Origin: Cladosporium halotolerans | Taxonomy: Eukaryota | Assembly (NCBI RefSeq): GCF_011745625.1 | Contig: NW_027191455.1 | Span: forward strand, 1-64,000 | Direction of reading: 5' to 3' | DNA length: 64,000 bases | Made by a program: the position numbers and the translations under genes | Shown: positions 62,553 to 64,000 of the stretch, in pieces | How positions within the stretch are numbered: position 1 is the first letter of the stretch | Layout of the letters: each line of letters begins with the position of its first letter | The notes under the pieces: generated by a model | Databases searched by the model: none | The model's input: only the letters and a program-made list of their open reading frames with translations | What the model was told of the DNA's origin: nothing

Positions 62553-64000
62553 ATGGCATCTATACAGGATCCCCATCAAATACATGGCGGAAGCGACTCC
62601 GCTCCCACCCAAGCCTCGCCGCCACCTGGATTCTCGGATCTCGACAAGGACGATATCATTTACGATCAGCACAAGGGCGATGATCTAGCCGACCAGGCAG
62701 AGTCCCAGGGTTCGAATCTCGACGACAATTACATCGTCTACAAGCAGCATGAAGGGGATGCTCCCGCAGACACGGCAGAGTCAAAACGTGTTCTGCGGAA
62801 AATCGATTGGCGCGTTCTCCCTGTTCTCTGGACTCTTTATCTGATCCAGTATCTGGACAAGAATGGGTTGAACTATGTAAGTTCTTTCAAACTACAGGAC
62901 TATTGCTTGTCCGGACGCTTGTAGCGTCCTTCAACGGATAGCTGCATGCCAAAGATCCGAAGGAGACGGTGGAAGGCTGCATTTCTGTCGTCGTTCCTAC
63001 TAAAAATCAGTAGCTCTTCTGACCATGAAAGACTCATTCGAGCATTTTAGTCTTGACCAGAGTTGGGCTCGCTATACGAATCTAAACAAGCGACGGAAGC
63101 CCTCTGCTAGGCCACAAGCTCATCAGAGAGAATTATTGACTGACCACCTCATGCCATCTAGGCAAGCGCATATAATTTACAGGACGACCTCAATATGAAG
63201 GGACAAGAGTATTCATGGCTCGCAACGATCTTCTACTTTGGCTACTTGATCGCGCAATTTCCAGCTGGACTGGCGATGCAGAGACTCCCCGTCGGAAAGT
63301 TCCTCGGTGCTACGGCTGTCAGTTGGGGCATTATCTTGATGACGACTCCGGCCTGCACGAACTTTGCCGGCATTGCCGCAAACCGCTTCATGCTTGGTCT
63401 TGTGGAAGCTGCGGTGAACCCAGGTTTCGTGCTGGTGATGTCTATGTGGTACACTGCGAAAGAACAGCCCTTGCGCCTCGAGATCTACTACTGCACCAAT
63501 GGCATTGCAACTATGTTCGGCGGCCTCATCGGATACGCCATTGGACACATTACGACCGGACTGGCTCGATGGATGTACGTTTTCATCATTTTCGGCTCTC
63601 TTTCGCTCTCCGCAGGACTGGCGACTTTGGTGCTGCTACCAGACCTTCCCTCTACGGCCAAATTCTTGACGGAGCGCGAGCGCGCAGTGGCCGTCGAAAG
63701 AGTCGCATCCAACCGACAGGGAGTCAAAAATCACAACTTTAAGGTTGATCAAGTCTGGCAAACCCTAGCCGACCCAAAGACCTGGATCCTTTTCATTCTG
63801 GCCGTTTCGGCTCAAGTGCCAAATGCTGCCATTACTAGTGTAAGTATCACCAGTGCCTCTAGCATAAGGAAGTGGAACACCACTTCTCAGATGCTTCGAA
63901 GTATATCCATAAGACTCATGTGGCAACCATTCTGACTCGATGTTCTAGTTCACATCTTTGATCATCAAGGGATTCGGCTTTGGCACATTGGGCACGCAAT
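62553..64000 (+). CDS. MFS transporter, allantoate permease (Dal5/ACS) family; runs off the window
   Basis: VLRKIDWRVLP..QYLDKNGLNY|ASAY, YSWLATIFYFGYL, WYTAKEQPLR, LPDLPSTAKFLTERER. Introns 62877-63161 and 63840-63948. Confidence 0.92.

Noticed and set aside
62709..62720. GGTTCGAATC tRNA T-loop-like motif
   Set aside because: It lies inside coding sequence with no cloverleaf or A-box.

Overview
Eukaryotic DNA from a filamentous ascomycete. Genes carry short GT-AG introns with CTRAC branch points; Pezizomycotina, and Dothideomycetes is my inference. About 28 protein-coding genes can be reconstructed. The first ~16.7 kb looks like an accessory catabolic cluster: a FAD monooxygenase apparently cut at its 3' end by a repeat-rich element at the window edge, two PhyH-type Fe/2-oxoglutarate dioxygenases, a hybrid C2H2+Zn2Cys6 regulator, a CocE/NonD hydrolase, MFS and APC transporters, and an embedded small secreted Cys-rich protein. 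A sugar porter and a PDR-type ABC transporter follow. The rest is mostly core genes: OPI1, a fatty-acid elongase, NOP10, LCL2, a SnaD-like coiled-coil protein, glucosylceramide synthase, RAD9/Crb2, MRPL15, RTT109, PWP2, the CDC12 septin, WDR83, an F-box protein and a Dal5-type MFS. The most notable unexplained signals are: a dense, helically phased, palindromically arranged TGAGGACA array upstream of an intronless gene I cannot assign (56.5-58.3 kb); a 5S rRNA gene remnant that breaks off at about +41; a composite CGG-N3-GTGGGG motif shared by cluster promoters; and a PLA2-like His-Asp motif in the secreted protein. All exon boundaries were read by eye and no database searches were run.
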